This document shows, one piece after another, positions 47,148-58,779 of a stretch of DNA of 64,000 nt. The position numbers and the translations under genes are program-made. Location of the stretch: positions 1 through 64,000 of the forward strand of contig JBLWGC010000092.1 in the NCBI GenBank assembly GCA_048772705.1. Direction: 5' to 3'. Every line of letters begins with the position of its first letter. Position 1 is the first letter of the stretch. Below the pieces are notes generated by a model, which saw nothing but the letters and a program-made list of their open reading frames with translations, made no database searches and had not been told where the DNA came from. Source of the DNA: Leidyana gryllorum EB-2025a (taxonomy: Eukaryota; Protista; Apicomplexa).

Positions 47148-48818
47148 ATGTTGAACTTCTTCACGTACGTGACATGGTGGGCAGAACGCACGGATCATGT
47201 GAACAAGTTGTTGCGAAAGGCGCGATCTAAGGGTCAGCCTTGCGTGATAAGGGGGTGTTGGGAGAAGATCAAGCGCATTTTGCAGTGTGGGTGTACAAAG
47301 GTTGTTCGCGTGAACTTTGACTGCGTGCGAGACGTTACGACAGAGCCCGAGGACAGTGTGTTATGTCGTGGGGAGGGGGAAGTGTGGGTAGCCGAGCACT
47401 ACTCGAGTGTGGGTGTGCCGTATGGGAAAGACGATCAACGCATCACTGTGGCTGAGGCGGTGCGAGTGTGTTTCCGAGACGACGATTTCACAACCCTGAT
47501 GTGGGTTTTGGGACACCAGCCTCGTGAGATCTGGTTCACGTATCTCTCTCGAACGCCGGGCATAAAGTGTGTGAAATATAACTCTGTGGCCATATTTCGA
47601 GAGTTATGTGGGGAGGGGCTGTGTGACCCGAGGGTGGAGCGCGACAGTATACTGAACGCGTCTCCGATGATGATGGCAGCGATAGGGCGACGCGACACTT
47701 TGCTGAGGTATATGATGAAAGAGTACCCGGGTATGCTATCAGAGGTGGATCGGGGCGGACACTCACTGCTGCACTTCACCGCGATAGGAGGGGACATTAC
47801 AATGTACAAAGAAGTGGAGGCGGAGTTGTTGCGGGGAGGGGCTTTGGAGGCGAGATCGCGCGCTTACTGGGGAAGACTTCCCACAATGGTAGCTGCGTTG
47901 TTTGATCAGTTGAGTGTTCTGGAGTACCTGAGTGAGTCTCAGCCTGATGCATTGGATAAGACCGACAGGGAGGGCTTGAGTGTTGTACAGTACGCATTAG
48001 CGGGATCGGCGACGAAGAGTCTCCATTTTCTGCAGAGAGTGGCGCCTTGGGGGTTTGCGCAGGTTGGCAAGGAGCGGGTGACCTCTTTGATGATTGCAGC
48101 GTACTTTGGGAGTGCAGCAACATGTCAGTTGCTTTTGAGAATCAGGCAGGCACTGGCACCCACGACGTTTCGGTTCCAAGAAGAGCTCGAGGAGGAGGAC
48201 GAGGTGCAACAGACCGCTTTGGATTACGGAGTGAAGGCGGCTCGTTCCTCGTGCGTGCTGTATCTGCTTCGATTGACGGGCGAGACGTCTGCGGGTCAAC
48301 TGAGTCAGTTGGTGTCGGCGTGCCGGAAGCACCACAGTCTGGTGACACTGAGAGAGGTTTGTCAACTTGAGCGTACATTTTGCTCAATGATTCCCGGATC
48401 GAGTGCGGCTTGCGAGCTGATCGCGATTGAGACGCAGGGAGACTACGACGTATTTCTGGCACAGAGGCGGGCCGAATACGACAGAATGGAAGAAGCCCGG
48501 TACGCGTGGCTGGATTTGGACGCGGAACAGACCGCGATGAGGCGGCGGCGTGCGGCGGGTGTGATTAGCGAAGAAGAGTTGAACGCGGAGCAGGCGCGGA
48601 TCGATGCGAGTCGAGAGCGACTGCAGTACATTACGGATCAAGCATATGTGACAGTGTGCAATACCGCTCTGACATCAGTCTGTTTGCACGATTATGCAGT
48701 TCAGACAGTGAGTCGGTGGCTAAATAAGCGTGTTATTCATGTTACAGCTCAGCGGCCACTTCCGGTGAATTTCCGATTGGAAGGCGGTGATGACATTAGT
48801 GAACAAACTCGTGATTGA
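47148..48818 (+). CDS. Ankyrin-repeat protein (cluster member 1)
   Basis: SPMMMAA, DRGGHSLLHFTA, DREGLSVVQYA, TSLMIAA, QTALDYG. Confidence 0.8.
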   Translation: MLNFFTYVTWWAERTDHVNKLLRKARSKGQPCVIRGCWEKIKRILQCGCTKVVRVNFDCVRDVTTEPEDSVLCRGEGEVWVAEHYSSVGVPYGKDDQRITVAEAVRVCFRDDDFTTLMWVLGHQPREIWFTYLSRTPGIKCVKYNSVAIFRELCGEGLCDPRVERDSILNASPMMMAAIGRRDTLLRYMMKEYPGMLSEVDRGGHSLLHFTAIGGDITMYKEVEAELLRGGALEARSRAYWGRLPTMVAALFDQLSVLEYLSESQPDALDKTDREGLSVVQYALAGSATKSLHFLQRVAPWGFAQVGKERVTSLMIAAYFGSAATCQLLLRIRQALAPTTFRFQEELEEEDEVQQTALDYGVKAARSSCVLYLLRLTGETSAGQLSQLVSACRKHHSLVTLREVCQLERTFCSMIPGSSAACELIAIETQGDYDVFLAQRRAEYDRMEEARYAWLDLDAEQTAMRRRRAAGVISEEELNAEQARIDASRERLQYITDQAYVTVCNTALTSVCLHDYAVQTVSRWLNKRVIHVTAQRPLPVNFRLEGGDDISEQTRD

Positions 48819-48952
48819 AAATGGTATTAATGGTAAATAGAGACGGCTAAAAACAACGCTGGCGGCTTTATTTGCTGCTGTTGTCGAGTTCTGGGCGGTC
48901 GCGCCGTAAGGGGTATCTCTATCGTGGAGAGGGTTAGAGCGAAACCTCAAGA

Positions 48953-50377
48953 ATGGATCTTCCACCTTTCTTTGAGCGCCTCTCAACACTGCGAACTCGG
49001 ATACAGTTCCTCAGATCGTTGAAAAAGAGAGTTAAGACACCCAACGATAAGGAAGGATGTATCGTCAAAGTGGTTTGTGACAGCCACTTGTTGAGCAAAC
49101 ATCCACACCCGTCGACACCCCAACAAGAAATGATCACTCGAGAGTATGGGGTGTGGGTGTGGAGTTTGACAGCTGCGCCCAGTTGTTGTGCTGCTGCGGG
49201 CGGATCCAAGGATCAGTCGATCCTTCACCTCGATCAATTGATAGAGTCCGGAGAGACCATTTCTGTGTACACGGCTATGGCTCTCGCTGTCATATCAGAT
49301 GACTCTGGCACTTTAAAGTGGTTGATGGATGCCGTACTGCCGATCGAGTTGGCTGCCAGCATTGAACGGTGCGCAGGGGCGCCGAGTTTGATGCTGGTGT
49401 CTCTGGGTCTGGGTCACCTGCAGTGTGCCCAGGTATTGTATGCCGCTGTCCCAAGGGTGCTTGAGCAGCGGGATCAAGACGAGCTTTCGGCGCTGCACTA
49501 TGCTTCATTTGGAGGCAGAATTGACGTGTATAAGTGGGTTTTGGAGCGATTGCCACCGTCACAATTAAGCCGAGAACATCCGCTCAAGGTTACGCCAGCC
49601 ATGGCAGCTGCGGCATCGGATCGAACAGATCTCCTTAGGTGGTTGGCTGACGAGGACGCACAACATATTACAGCTCTGGATTCCGAGAACTTCAGTATCG
49701 CACACTACGCTGCTGGCGCTGGAGCTTGTCGCGCGCTGGCCGTTCTGAAGGAGCACAATGTGGAATTGATTCTTCCACCGAAAGACACAAAGATATCGAC
49801 CATGATGGTTGCGGCATTCTTCGGAGAGCTGGGACTCCCGAGAGCTTTCAAAACTCTATATCCTCAAGAATTAGCCTTGGCTCTTATGGAGGGGGATATT
49901 AATGGTCGTCTGGCGCTCCACTACGCCGTGTGGGGCAGAATTCCAGAGACCATCGATTTCTTCTGTAAATTAGTATTACCAGATTTCGAGGCCGGCGTTC
50001 ACTTACTCTTGGACGCCTGTGAACAGTTCAACTGCTTAGACGTCTTCAAGGCCGTCATGAAACGCTTCCCTGAATATCAACCTCACTTTGCTACATGGGT
50101 CGTCGAGAATCGGGCTGGAGACCTCCTGAATTTCATGGAGACGACTCGCCGAAGTGGACCGTCCTCAAACATCACTCTTGCTGCTCCTGCCGCCGCGCCC
50201 AATTGGGGATCAATGCCCTGTGACGAGGCCTTCCCCCTTCCCGGAGATGAAGACGCCCTCTTTCTACAGTATTACAGCGACTTTTTACAAGAAGGTATAT
50301 CTAAATGGCTCGCTGCTGCGAAGGAACCTACGCCTCGCTGGCTTGATCTGCCCCGGCAGCACTTCAGGGTGCGCTGA
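48953..50377 (+). CDS. Ankyrin-repeat protein (cluster member 2)
   Basis: DELSALHYAS, TPAMAAA, FSIAHYAA, GRLALHYAV. Confidence 0.82.
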   Translation: MDLPPFFERLSTLRTRIQFLRSLKKRVKTPNDKEGCIVKVVCDSHLLSKHPHPSTPQQEMITREYGVWVWSLTAAPSCCAAAGGSKDQSILHLDQLIESGETISVYTAMALAVISDDSGTLKWLMDAVLPIELAASIERCAGAPSLMLVSLGLGHLQCAQVLYAAVPRVLEQRDQDELSALHYASFGGRIDVYKWVLERLPPSQLSREHPLKVTPAMAAAASDRTDLLRWLADEDAQHITALDSENFSIAHYAAGAGACRALAVLKEHNVELILPPKDTKISTMMVAAFFGELGLPRAFKTLYPQELALALMEGDINGRLALHYAVWGRIPETIDFFCKLVLPDFEAGVHLLLDACEQFNCLDVFKAVMKRFPEYQPHFATWVVENRAGDLLNFMETTRRSGPSSNITLAAPAAAPNWGSMPCDEAFPLPGDEDALFLQYYSDFLQEGISKWLAAAKEPTPRWLDLPRQHFRVR

Positions 50378-51433
50378 CACAGAGAAACACACAGAGACAG
50401 AGACGGACATCAAGAAGTTCATACTGCTGCTACTACGGACCCGTCCGACTCCTTGCATGATGCGACTCATGAATACTCAATGATGATGTTCACAAGAGAA
50501 GAACCAAACCCCGACAGGGGGGAGAAGATCAACAACAACAACAACCACAAAGGTCCCAACAACAGGTAGATCGATCGATCGTGCTCCCCAACACACACTG
50601 TATATACTCAATCTTCTCTGACATCTTGAATTATAACCAATAATTAGATGTTCGCGTGATCGGCTTCAAACATACGCGAGTATTCAATTCTAAACTCAAA
50701 GATCTCCCTAACCTATACCCATTCCCAACATAACAACCTGTGCCGAAGGTCCCAACCCTCAAATAAGCATTTCCGCCCTCCTCAAACAAATCAATAACCC
50801 ACACACTACCCTCTCACATCCCAAACTCTACCCACTCAAACCCCACACAAATCTAAACACCACCCGAACCCTCGATCTTGACCACCATCTCCCAAACTCT
50901 TTTCCTACCAGTCGCTTTTACTGGGCAATGACTGCTCCCCCACAAACCCCCCAGATCAAACACCCAAATCTTCCCGCCCCCGCTCTCCCTCACGCTCCCA
51001 CACATGCCACTTCCCCACCTACGTAAACCTGTCGACCTGCTCCGTACGACCGTTTTCCACTCCATTGACCATTTTTCGAGCAAATCAATCAAATCCCTTC
51101 GCTCACTATATTCGAGCGCTGTAAAAGAACCAATCGGACTGCCCCCGCGGAATTCACCACAACAACCATTCCGGACCACCCTATTCGCACCGACGTAAAG
51201 TCTATTGCTTGTCAATGACAGACATGTCCCAACCATAGGGTCATTTCCTAGCAAAATGACAGTACCTCTGCAAGTAACAGCTGGCTGTAAAAACAGTTGT
51301 GCTGTTGCATTAGGTGTAAGTATGGCCCAGAATTGTTGACAGTATCTTCATTCTATGTTGTCAGCTCAGTCCAAAGTGATTGCGATCGCACAGCAAACAA
51401 TCACACTTCACCACACACAGTGAAGAACCGCCC

Positions 51434-52450
51434 ATGACATATAACCCCAGTACGGTCGCCTTCGCTTTCGGAGGTTTGGCCGAGGTCTGGGAGTGGACGG
51501 AAGAAATCAAATGCATGTTGAGAAGTTCCAAGCCCATGATGGTACCTGATAATGCGTGGAACGGTGGCAGCTCATCTCCGCTGTCGGCAGCCATGGTTAA
51601 AGACGACCTTGATGCCGCTAAACGATTGATGCACCACGGGATCCCATTGCAGCCTGGTTTGGCTATGAAAGCCATCCATTGTGGGGCATCCAGAACTCTC
51701 AAGTTTCTATGTGAAGAGGATTTGGTCAATCCATCAGAAGAGGGCGGACTGTGGTTCCGGAACCACTTGATGATAGCTTTGGCCAGCGGACAGCGTGAGA
51801 GCGCTCGAATTATACATTGGAAGTGTCCGGATATGTGCTTGGAGCGGGATGAGTTGGGATATAGTATCCTCCATTACGCAGCAACCCGGGGGGACTATGA
51901 GGAGTACCAATGGTGCCTAGAAATCCTCAGATCGAATGCAGTGGATTTGCAACGCAGCTCCAGGGGGATCACACCTGCTATGGTGGCGGCATTCCTCGGA
52001 CGCGCTGAGTTTCTAAGTGCGCTGGCCTCCAACCCTGCCGACCGCGTGCAACTGGGTCAGGCAGACCCGTACGGCTTCACAGTGGCGCACTATGTGGCCG
52101 GCTGTGGCGTAGATCACCGGTGTCGCGATTGTTTGACTGCACTCCACGAGGCGGGGGTGGATATATACGGTCCGACTTCGCTTACGGGACTCACAGTGGC
52201 GATGGTAGCTGCTCTGTGTGATCAGAACGCGGCTCTCCGCACACTCGCAGAGTTGCGACCACCAGCTTTCTACGCAGAACTGCTCCGAACAGATGGTCGG
52301 GGACGCTCAGTCTTTAACTATGCGCGGTCGATGGAAACAAAGACCGTTTTGGTTCAGAAGTTGAGTGAACTCAAAAAGGCTACGGACTATATTTTCGAAG
52401 TAGTGGTTAGCTCTCCCACCTCCACCAATAGCACAGCCTTCCCAATGTGA
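51434..52450 (+). CDS. Ankyrin-repeat protein (cluster member 3)
   Basis: GYSILHYAA, GITPAMVAA, GFTVAHYVA, GRSVFNYA. Confidence 0.82.
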   Translation: MTYNPSTVAFAFGGLAEVWEWTEEIKCMLRSSKPMMVPDNAWNGGSSSPLSAAMVKDDLDAAKRLMHHGIPLQPGLAMKAIHCGASRTLKFLCEEDLVNPSEEGGLWFRNHLMIALASGQRESARIIHWKCPDMCLERDELGYSILHYAATRGDYEEYQWCLEILRSNAVDLQRSSRGITPAMVAAFLGRAEFLSALASNPADRVQLGQADPYGFTVAHYVAGCGVDHRCRDCLTALHEAGVDIYGPTSLTGLTVAMVAALCDQNAALRTLAELRPPAFYAELLRTDGRGRSVFNYARSMETKTVLVQKLSELKKATDYIFEVVVSSPTSTNSTAFPM

Positions 52451-53066
52451 ATTGGATGGGGCAAGCGACGATCTCCTCATCCCATACACACAACACATCT
52501 TAGCGCTGCGCTCATTGGCTGGAGATGCAGCACCAGCCTCTCTCTCTCATGCCTCAACCTTCGTCCTGGTCTCGGTCTCTGCGCACTCTCCCATCAATTC
52601 TGTCTTGTCGCACAGTTAGGTTCCTTCACATAGCAGCACATACACAGACTGAGAGATTCGCATATGATTGTCCACGTGTCTGACGTCATGATCCACTGCT
52701 CTTGATGCCACCAACTTTCTATCTCTCTTTCTCTGCTACATTGCTCAGAGCATTTGATATGTTGGGTGAGGGTGTACGGCTGGCTAGCCGGGGGGGGAGG
52801 GGGGCTTTCCGGCTGATAGGCGCTTGGCGTTTGAGGGCCCAGCCGATCGATCTCCACTCCCCTGAGGAGGGTGGCCACAGCTGTTTTGTTGCACGACGAT
52901 CACCACCACGCTTAGCAGCAATGAGAAGAAGTTTACAGAAATAGGGACAGTCCTTCCTTCGATTTAGGTCAATGTTTTATCGGGCTACTCGGTCCGCCCG
53001 CTCCATCGAGCGAATGAATGAATGATTGAACGAACGAACGATTCTCACTGTGGCCTTCTACTAATT

Positions 53067-54513
53067 CTATATGAGGCTATCGGGATCATCATCCAACAGA
53101 TTGACAGTGACCACATCCTGTGGAGGTGGCTTCGTCGAAGTCGCGACTCTCCGAGACCGGAAAGAAAATACCGAGTCTCCGTCTGTGTGAATGTGTAGTG
53201 TAATCACCATACTCACCCTTGGGCCGCACCAGTTTCGCTGCCTGTGTCTTTGAAGAGTGATGCCACGTCGTTCGAGGCAGTGACACGCGTCGACACATCC
53301 GTGGGACCGGCGCTCTCCTTCACCTCGTCTCCTGCCCACCAGTCGCGGCGGCTGATCCGAAGACGCAATCATCCGGGGCACTCCAGGGAGGCTCATATCA
53401 CTTCCCCGGCGATCCGATCGCCGGTGGGTGCCCGCAAACTGTTGAAGGACGTGGATTATTGACGGCGCTCTGACTCGCGCTTACCTCTCTACCGAACCAG
53501 ACCGCTCGATGCTGCCCGCATTGCTTCCGGTGGTGGCCCACATCTTGAGCGAGGGTGCGGGTGCTTGAACGACAGGGGGCGGAACCTCGACGCCCCATTG
53601 TCGCGCAGCATCTTCTGCCGTCTGGAACTTCTGCATCGATGCATACGGATTAGGTGGCAACGGATGGACGTCTTTGGACGAGGTGTCGCCACCGGTGCCC
53701 GCCACCGGATCTCGCCAAGCACCACCCAACTCTCCCCATCCAGGAGGCAGTGAGGCAGCGGGACTATGGTGCTCGAACACCGGCTTATTTTCGATACCCA
53801 CATATTTAGCTCTGCACGTAGTGTCTGTGTGTGAACCGCCGCGGCCTAGTTGGCCGATTGCACTTACGCATCTTCCATAGCTTTAACTCTCGCGGGCTCA
53901 ATGGTATCGGGATGATCCACAAATTCAACAATCGTTAGAGCTTTCTGGCGCACTGGAGTGGCGCGACAGCATTATCAACTCGGAACACGATCCACAAAAG
54001 CTCACCTCCACCGCCTTGCTCTCGGATGCCATCATGATATCGAAAGTTAGTTAGATTCCGTATCCGCATACAGCCATTACGACAGTCATCGAGCACACGG
54101 GATGGGCCCAGCAAAACCAGATACTCCAGTAAACACAGCGACTGATGAAAGCAGTTCCCGCGTGCGTGTGTGTGCGGTGCTGGTCAAGAAACGTACTTTG
54201 TAAAGCCTTCTCCATTGAGACGGAGTGCTGTCCAGACAATCCCATACTGTTTGCATTATTTGATGATAGTTCTGTATATTGTTGCTCGCCGTAGCGATTA
54301 CGCGCAACTTTGAATTCGATACGGAACAATCGTCTTCATCCGCCACCTCCCTCAGAGCTCGTGACAAGGGGGTTACTGTACCGAAACTGACGATGATGAA
54401 CAAGTAGACATTAGAACTTCAAAGTAGCGCACTCACTATTCCTCAGTCTTCTCACGAACGAGTTTAGAGACGCTTCGGAAGATCTTCGATATCTCCGTGT
54501 AGGTGTCATCCAT
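53067..54513 (-). CDS. ENTH-domain (epsin-like) protein, multi-exon
   Basis: IATASNN..IMQTVWDCL..QWRRLYK ENTH pattern; C-terminal clathrin-box-like NLLDDD. Confidence 0.7.
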
Positions 54514-54790
54514 TTTTGGTATATATACCTAACTACTACTTGGTGCAATTTAGGAGTGAATTACAAACACAAACTCTCCTAGGGCTTAGGGCTTAGGACA
54601 GCTGAGGTCTGGTCACACCCAACTACGGTATAGTCAGTGGACTGATGACATTAGCCAATTAGTGGACAACAAGAAAACAAGCGCTATGTATATCAGAGTG
54701 AAGCCACTATTGACACGAGTACAGAGTAGGGCAGTAACTCAATTGGTTTGGTGGTTGCTTTGGTGGATACAGAAGGTGAGAAAAGGGCAT

Positions 54791-55264
54791 TTAGTTGCGG
54801 GGCTTCTCCTTCTTCTCCTTGAAGAGAGCCAGGAGGGAGACACCGGACACCTTAACGATCTTGAACCTGACACCGGGGAAATCACCAACAGCGTGGCCCG
54901 AACGACCGAAACCGGCAACAAGCACCTCGTCGTTCTCATCAATGTAGTTCAGACAACCGTCACGGGGGACGAAAGCAGTGATTTTCTTGCCAGACTTGAT
55001 GAGCTGGACGCGCACGCACTTTCTGGTAGCCGAGTTAGGCTGCTTGGCAGTGATACCGACTTTCTCCACAACGATTCCCTTAGCGTGGGAAGAACCCATG
55101 AAGGGGTTGAACTTCCATCTTGAACCCAAAGCAACCTTCTTGTAAGCCTTATCGGCCCACTTCTGGGTCTTTCTGCGTTGGCGGAGCTTGCGAGCGCAAC
55201 GAATACCACGAGCTATGCCTGCGAAACTTGTTTACAGTGATCAAAACCACTCCTTACCTCCCAT
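54791..55264 (-). CDS. RPS23: 40S ribosomal protein S23 (uS12), 2 exons
   Basis: [54 protein letters not shown]; 7-nt first coding exon ATGGGAG|GTAAG. Confidence 0.97.
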
Positions 55265-55436
55265 GTTGAGTGACTGCCGAGCTCCAGCGTACTGGAAAGC
55301 GCTTCAAAAAAAGACAGCTGGCAAAAGCGCAAAAATAACTTGTTATGTCGTCTGCTCGAATTAAACTCCGCCCCCGCCCCATGCTGACTTCTCCTATTGC
55401 TCTAACTCAGCCTCGCTAACACCCTTTGTACATCGT

Positions 55437-58400
55437 CACTGCAAACACACAATCCGTCTAACACCCACAACGCCACTCCCGCAACGCCTACCTGCTTGCA
55501 TCAAATATGCGTGCTTCGTTTTCCTGGCGGCCTTTTCCATCCGCTCCACGTTGGACTGGTCCAAAGCCAAGGACAATCTCACCGCCAACTCGTTGGCCAA
55601 CGACTAATAATCACAGTCACAATTAATTTAATTACCCCACACGTAGTGTCCACTCACCACCACTCCAAACCGCATAGCGGTCTCAAATAAGTGAATGGAA
55701 GCTGTCAAATTGCGACTTACGTCCAGCAAAGTGCATCTGAGACATCAAGTCATCGTGTCCGCCGCCCGCACACACGCCCCTTACCGATCCGTGTGGACGA
55801 AATCCACCAGACTACGCACCACTTCTGGACTCGCTCCAGACACAGCGATCACTGCGCGAGTCTTCGAGGCCAACATCTCGGCAAATACCCGAGATCGAGC
55901 CACCAAAAGCGCACGGTTCGCCGGGAAGATCTCTTTTTCGCAGACCACAGTACAGTCAGAGATGGGAGTGGGGGTCTTATCGTAATCTGCTGAGCGATAC
56001 AGACGTTCCAAATCCGCACGAAGACTGCTTTGGGCGCAGCAGTTTGCCGAAATCTGGGTGACACTCAGGATCATTTGGCTGGGTCCTTGGCGACGAACGT
56101 CCGCGGGACGAACAGCGAAGCCTTCCCGCTCACACACCATCACGCTGGAGTCACCCGGCAGTGTATTGTAAGTGTCGGTGTACATCAGCGGTTCGTTTCC
56201 TGCAACAAAGGGTTTCAACGGCGTATTTGGGCGACGGCGTATTTGTGCAACACCTTACCTGGGCCTTCTGGCAGTATAATGGTGCTAACATCAAAGTTGG
56301 AGTCCCTCATCCACGCCTGGGACTGACTTGGACCTTCCAGACTGGACCTCAATATCTTGTCGTCGTCCACTCGGAAACGCATATAGAGATCCTGATGCTT
56401 CGGATGGCTCAGCGGGTAGCGAGCCGATTTCCAACGACGCTCCTCTCTGCAGGCGTTCTCAGCGGGACGCAGAATGTCTTCGTCCAGAGTCCTCGGGTCC
56501 ACTCGGCAAAGATACTTATCTGTTCGGACCGACTGTGCATTCGAAAGTCTATTATTCTTCTTAGTGAGTGAATGAGCCGCGCGTCCAGCCCGTCGAGCAG
56601 CCTCCTCTTGCGCCATGTCGCGCTCAGACTCCTGGACAGGCCGTGCGATAGGGAGCGGACGGGGATACAACACATCGGGTTGGAACTCCTCATAAGTATC
56701 CACGGTATCACGTAATTGTAGAACATACGTATCGCCACTATCTGATACCGGGCTGCTGCAACACAAATTGAAACCCCTTTTGTTTCGTGCATCAGCGCGA
56801 GCCGTAGAGCTCTGGTCATCGTCGTCTTCTGCAACTCCCTTAGACTTCTCCCGAATGTCCGAACGATCTTCTTTGTGGTCCAGTGTCTGAGCAGGAGGAG
56901 GAAGATCTTTGTGTCGAGGACGAGTGTCGTGCTCGTAGTCTTTCACTTGATCTGTCCACGTTTTGTCACCAGCCAGATTCTGGATCGTCTGCGGTGCTCC
57001 TCCCCTCTGATTGTCCGGTGGGGCATTTTCACTCGCGTCACTCTTGCGTGGTACATTCCGCTCGTTCTCAATCGCTTCCGACCACGACGAATTAACAGAC
57101 GGCCCGCGCCTGTCCTCGGGCTGAGCTGGCAATGGCCGATGAGCAGCATCGCCAGGCACAATATCACGCGTCCCTCTGGGTGACTCGCTGTCTTGGCTAC
57201 CGGGAGGCGGCATATCGCGGGTGCCAGCGGCAGGGGGAGGGGGCATATCGCGGGTTCCGGGGGGAGGTGGTGGCGGCATATCGCGGGTTCCGGGGGGAGG
57301 TGGTGGCGGCATATCGCGGGTTCCGGGGGGAGGTGGTGGCGGCATATCGCGGGTACCAGCGCCTGGTGGAGGCGGCATATCGCGGGTTCCGGGGGGAGGC
57401 GGGGGAGGCAGATCTCTCGTGAGGGGAGGTGTCACTGTCTCCGTGGGCCTCTGGTGTTCTACCGGAACAAAGTCTCTGGTGTGTTCTCCTCTGTCCGCGG
57501 GGCGACCACTTGCTGAGTGGGAAGCGTCAGTTGGCGGGGGTCTGTGCGGGCCACCCGGCACAGGGCTCGGTGCGTCTGTGAATGGAGGGCTGCTTTGATG
57601 TTGGGGGCCACCAGCTGGCGGTGACGGCCCCTGCGAATAATAGTTTCTGGACGGGCGGTCCTGCTGTAGCGCTTGGTTCCAATCCGAAGTTTTCGACCCG
57701 AGAACAACTTCACTTTCCGGACCCCTTTCCAACGTATCGTACGCGACGTGATCTTTGCTGCTGCGAATGTGCTCAGGATCCCGCCATTGGTTCGAAACAC
57801 CCGAACCGCGAATAACTCCATTCTCGCACACCAATTCGTCGCCTTCATGACCAACTGCAGGCGCCGTATCCCGACACATCGAGAAAAAACCTCCCTGACG
57901 TCTGTCACGTGAAGCTTCTTGCGATTGGAAAGAACCCGACCTCTCTTTTACCCGACCACCGGCTGGAAACGTCACGTCGTCCGATATACCTTGGTACTTT
58001 TTCGCTGGGGAGGACTCTCCAGCGCCCCAACCACATAAATTGCCACTCGTCACTTCTCGTTGAGTGTAAACAGTTGGACCGCCTTGGGGGGGTTCATATT
58101 CCTCTTCTTCGTTTGCCGGCCCTTGGCAACACATGAACCCTGCTGCTCCATCACGCTCTACTGAACGGTTTCTATACTCCACGTACTCCTTAGGTCCGTA
58201 TTGACTGTCCAGAACACTTTGTCCCATGCCCTCTCCACAAAAAGGCTTTGAATTAGGCATAAGAGGTCTTTCATTCTGCATCGGCCGTGCAGGCGGAAGA
58301 TCGGGTACAGGTGTTGCAACATTCAACATGGGTGGAACTGCTTCAATTGGTGGAGGTACTTCCCCTTCCAGTGTAGAGGGGGGTATCGCTCCAACTGGTG

Positions 58401-58710
58401 GAGGTACCTCCCCTTCCAGTGTAGAGGGGGGTATCGCTCCAACTGGTGGAGGTACCTCCCCTTCCATTGTGTAGGGGGGTATCGCCCCCACTGGTCGAAG
58501 AGCGTCAACTTCATGATGGGGTAGCTTTGCTGGCCGTTGTATCGGTTTCACGGGCCTCTCCGTGGGAGGAGGAGGAACATGCGAATTTATGATAGTGCGT
58601 GGAGGGACTCGATCGAGCTCTATCGTGGGTACGTACAGTGACGAAGGGGATTGGGCAGTAATATCATGGCTGTAGGTGCCGATGTCACAACACAAGTTTG
58701 GTTGCATCAT
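55437..58710 (-). CDS. Large proline-rich repeat protein with C-terminal BTB/POZ domain, multi-exon; 3' end approximate
   Basis: The 831-aa ORF splices (CCAG|GTAAG..TTGCAG) in frame to the exon SDCTVVCEKEIFPANRALLVARSRVFAEML..SPEVVRSLVDFVHTD (BTB). Confidence 0.7.
57200..57420 (-). repeat. Coding 33-bp tandem repeat (~6-7 copies, GTRDMPPPPPP)
   Basis: ggcatatcgcgggttccggggggaggtggtggc repeated nearly identically. Confidence 0.92.
58344..58492 (-). repeat. Coding 48-bp tandem repeat (~3 copies, PVGAIPPSTLEGEVPP)
   Basis: Visible in both DNA and protein. Confidence 0.9.
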
Positions 58711-58779
58711 GATCAGATTAGCTTGGTGAAAGAAAAAATTGGTGCGACACTCTCGCCAGCTTATCTTGTATGCAAAAGC

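Noticed and set aside
52594-52944. Short ORFs between the ankyrin cluster and the ENTH gene
   Set aside because: No ATG-supported model or recognisable motif; a small spliced gene cannot be excluded
54662-55123. 153-aa plus-strand ORF
   Set aside because: Antisense shadow of RPS23
57200-57420. 33-bp direct repeats as a CRISPR array
   Set aside because: The repeats are contiguous with no unique spacers, are in-frame coding, lie in a eukaryotic context, and have no cas genes nearby
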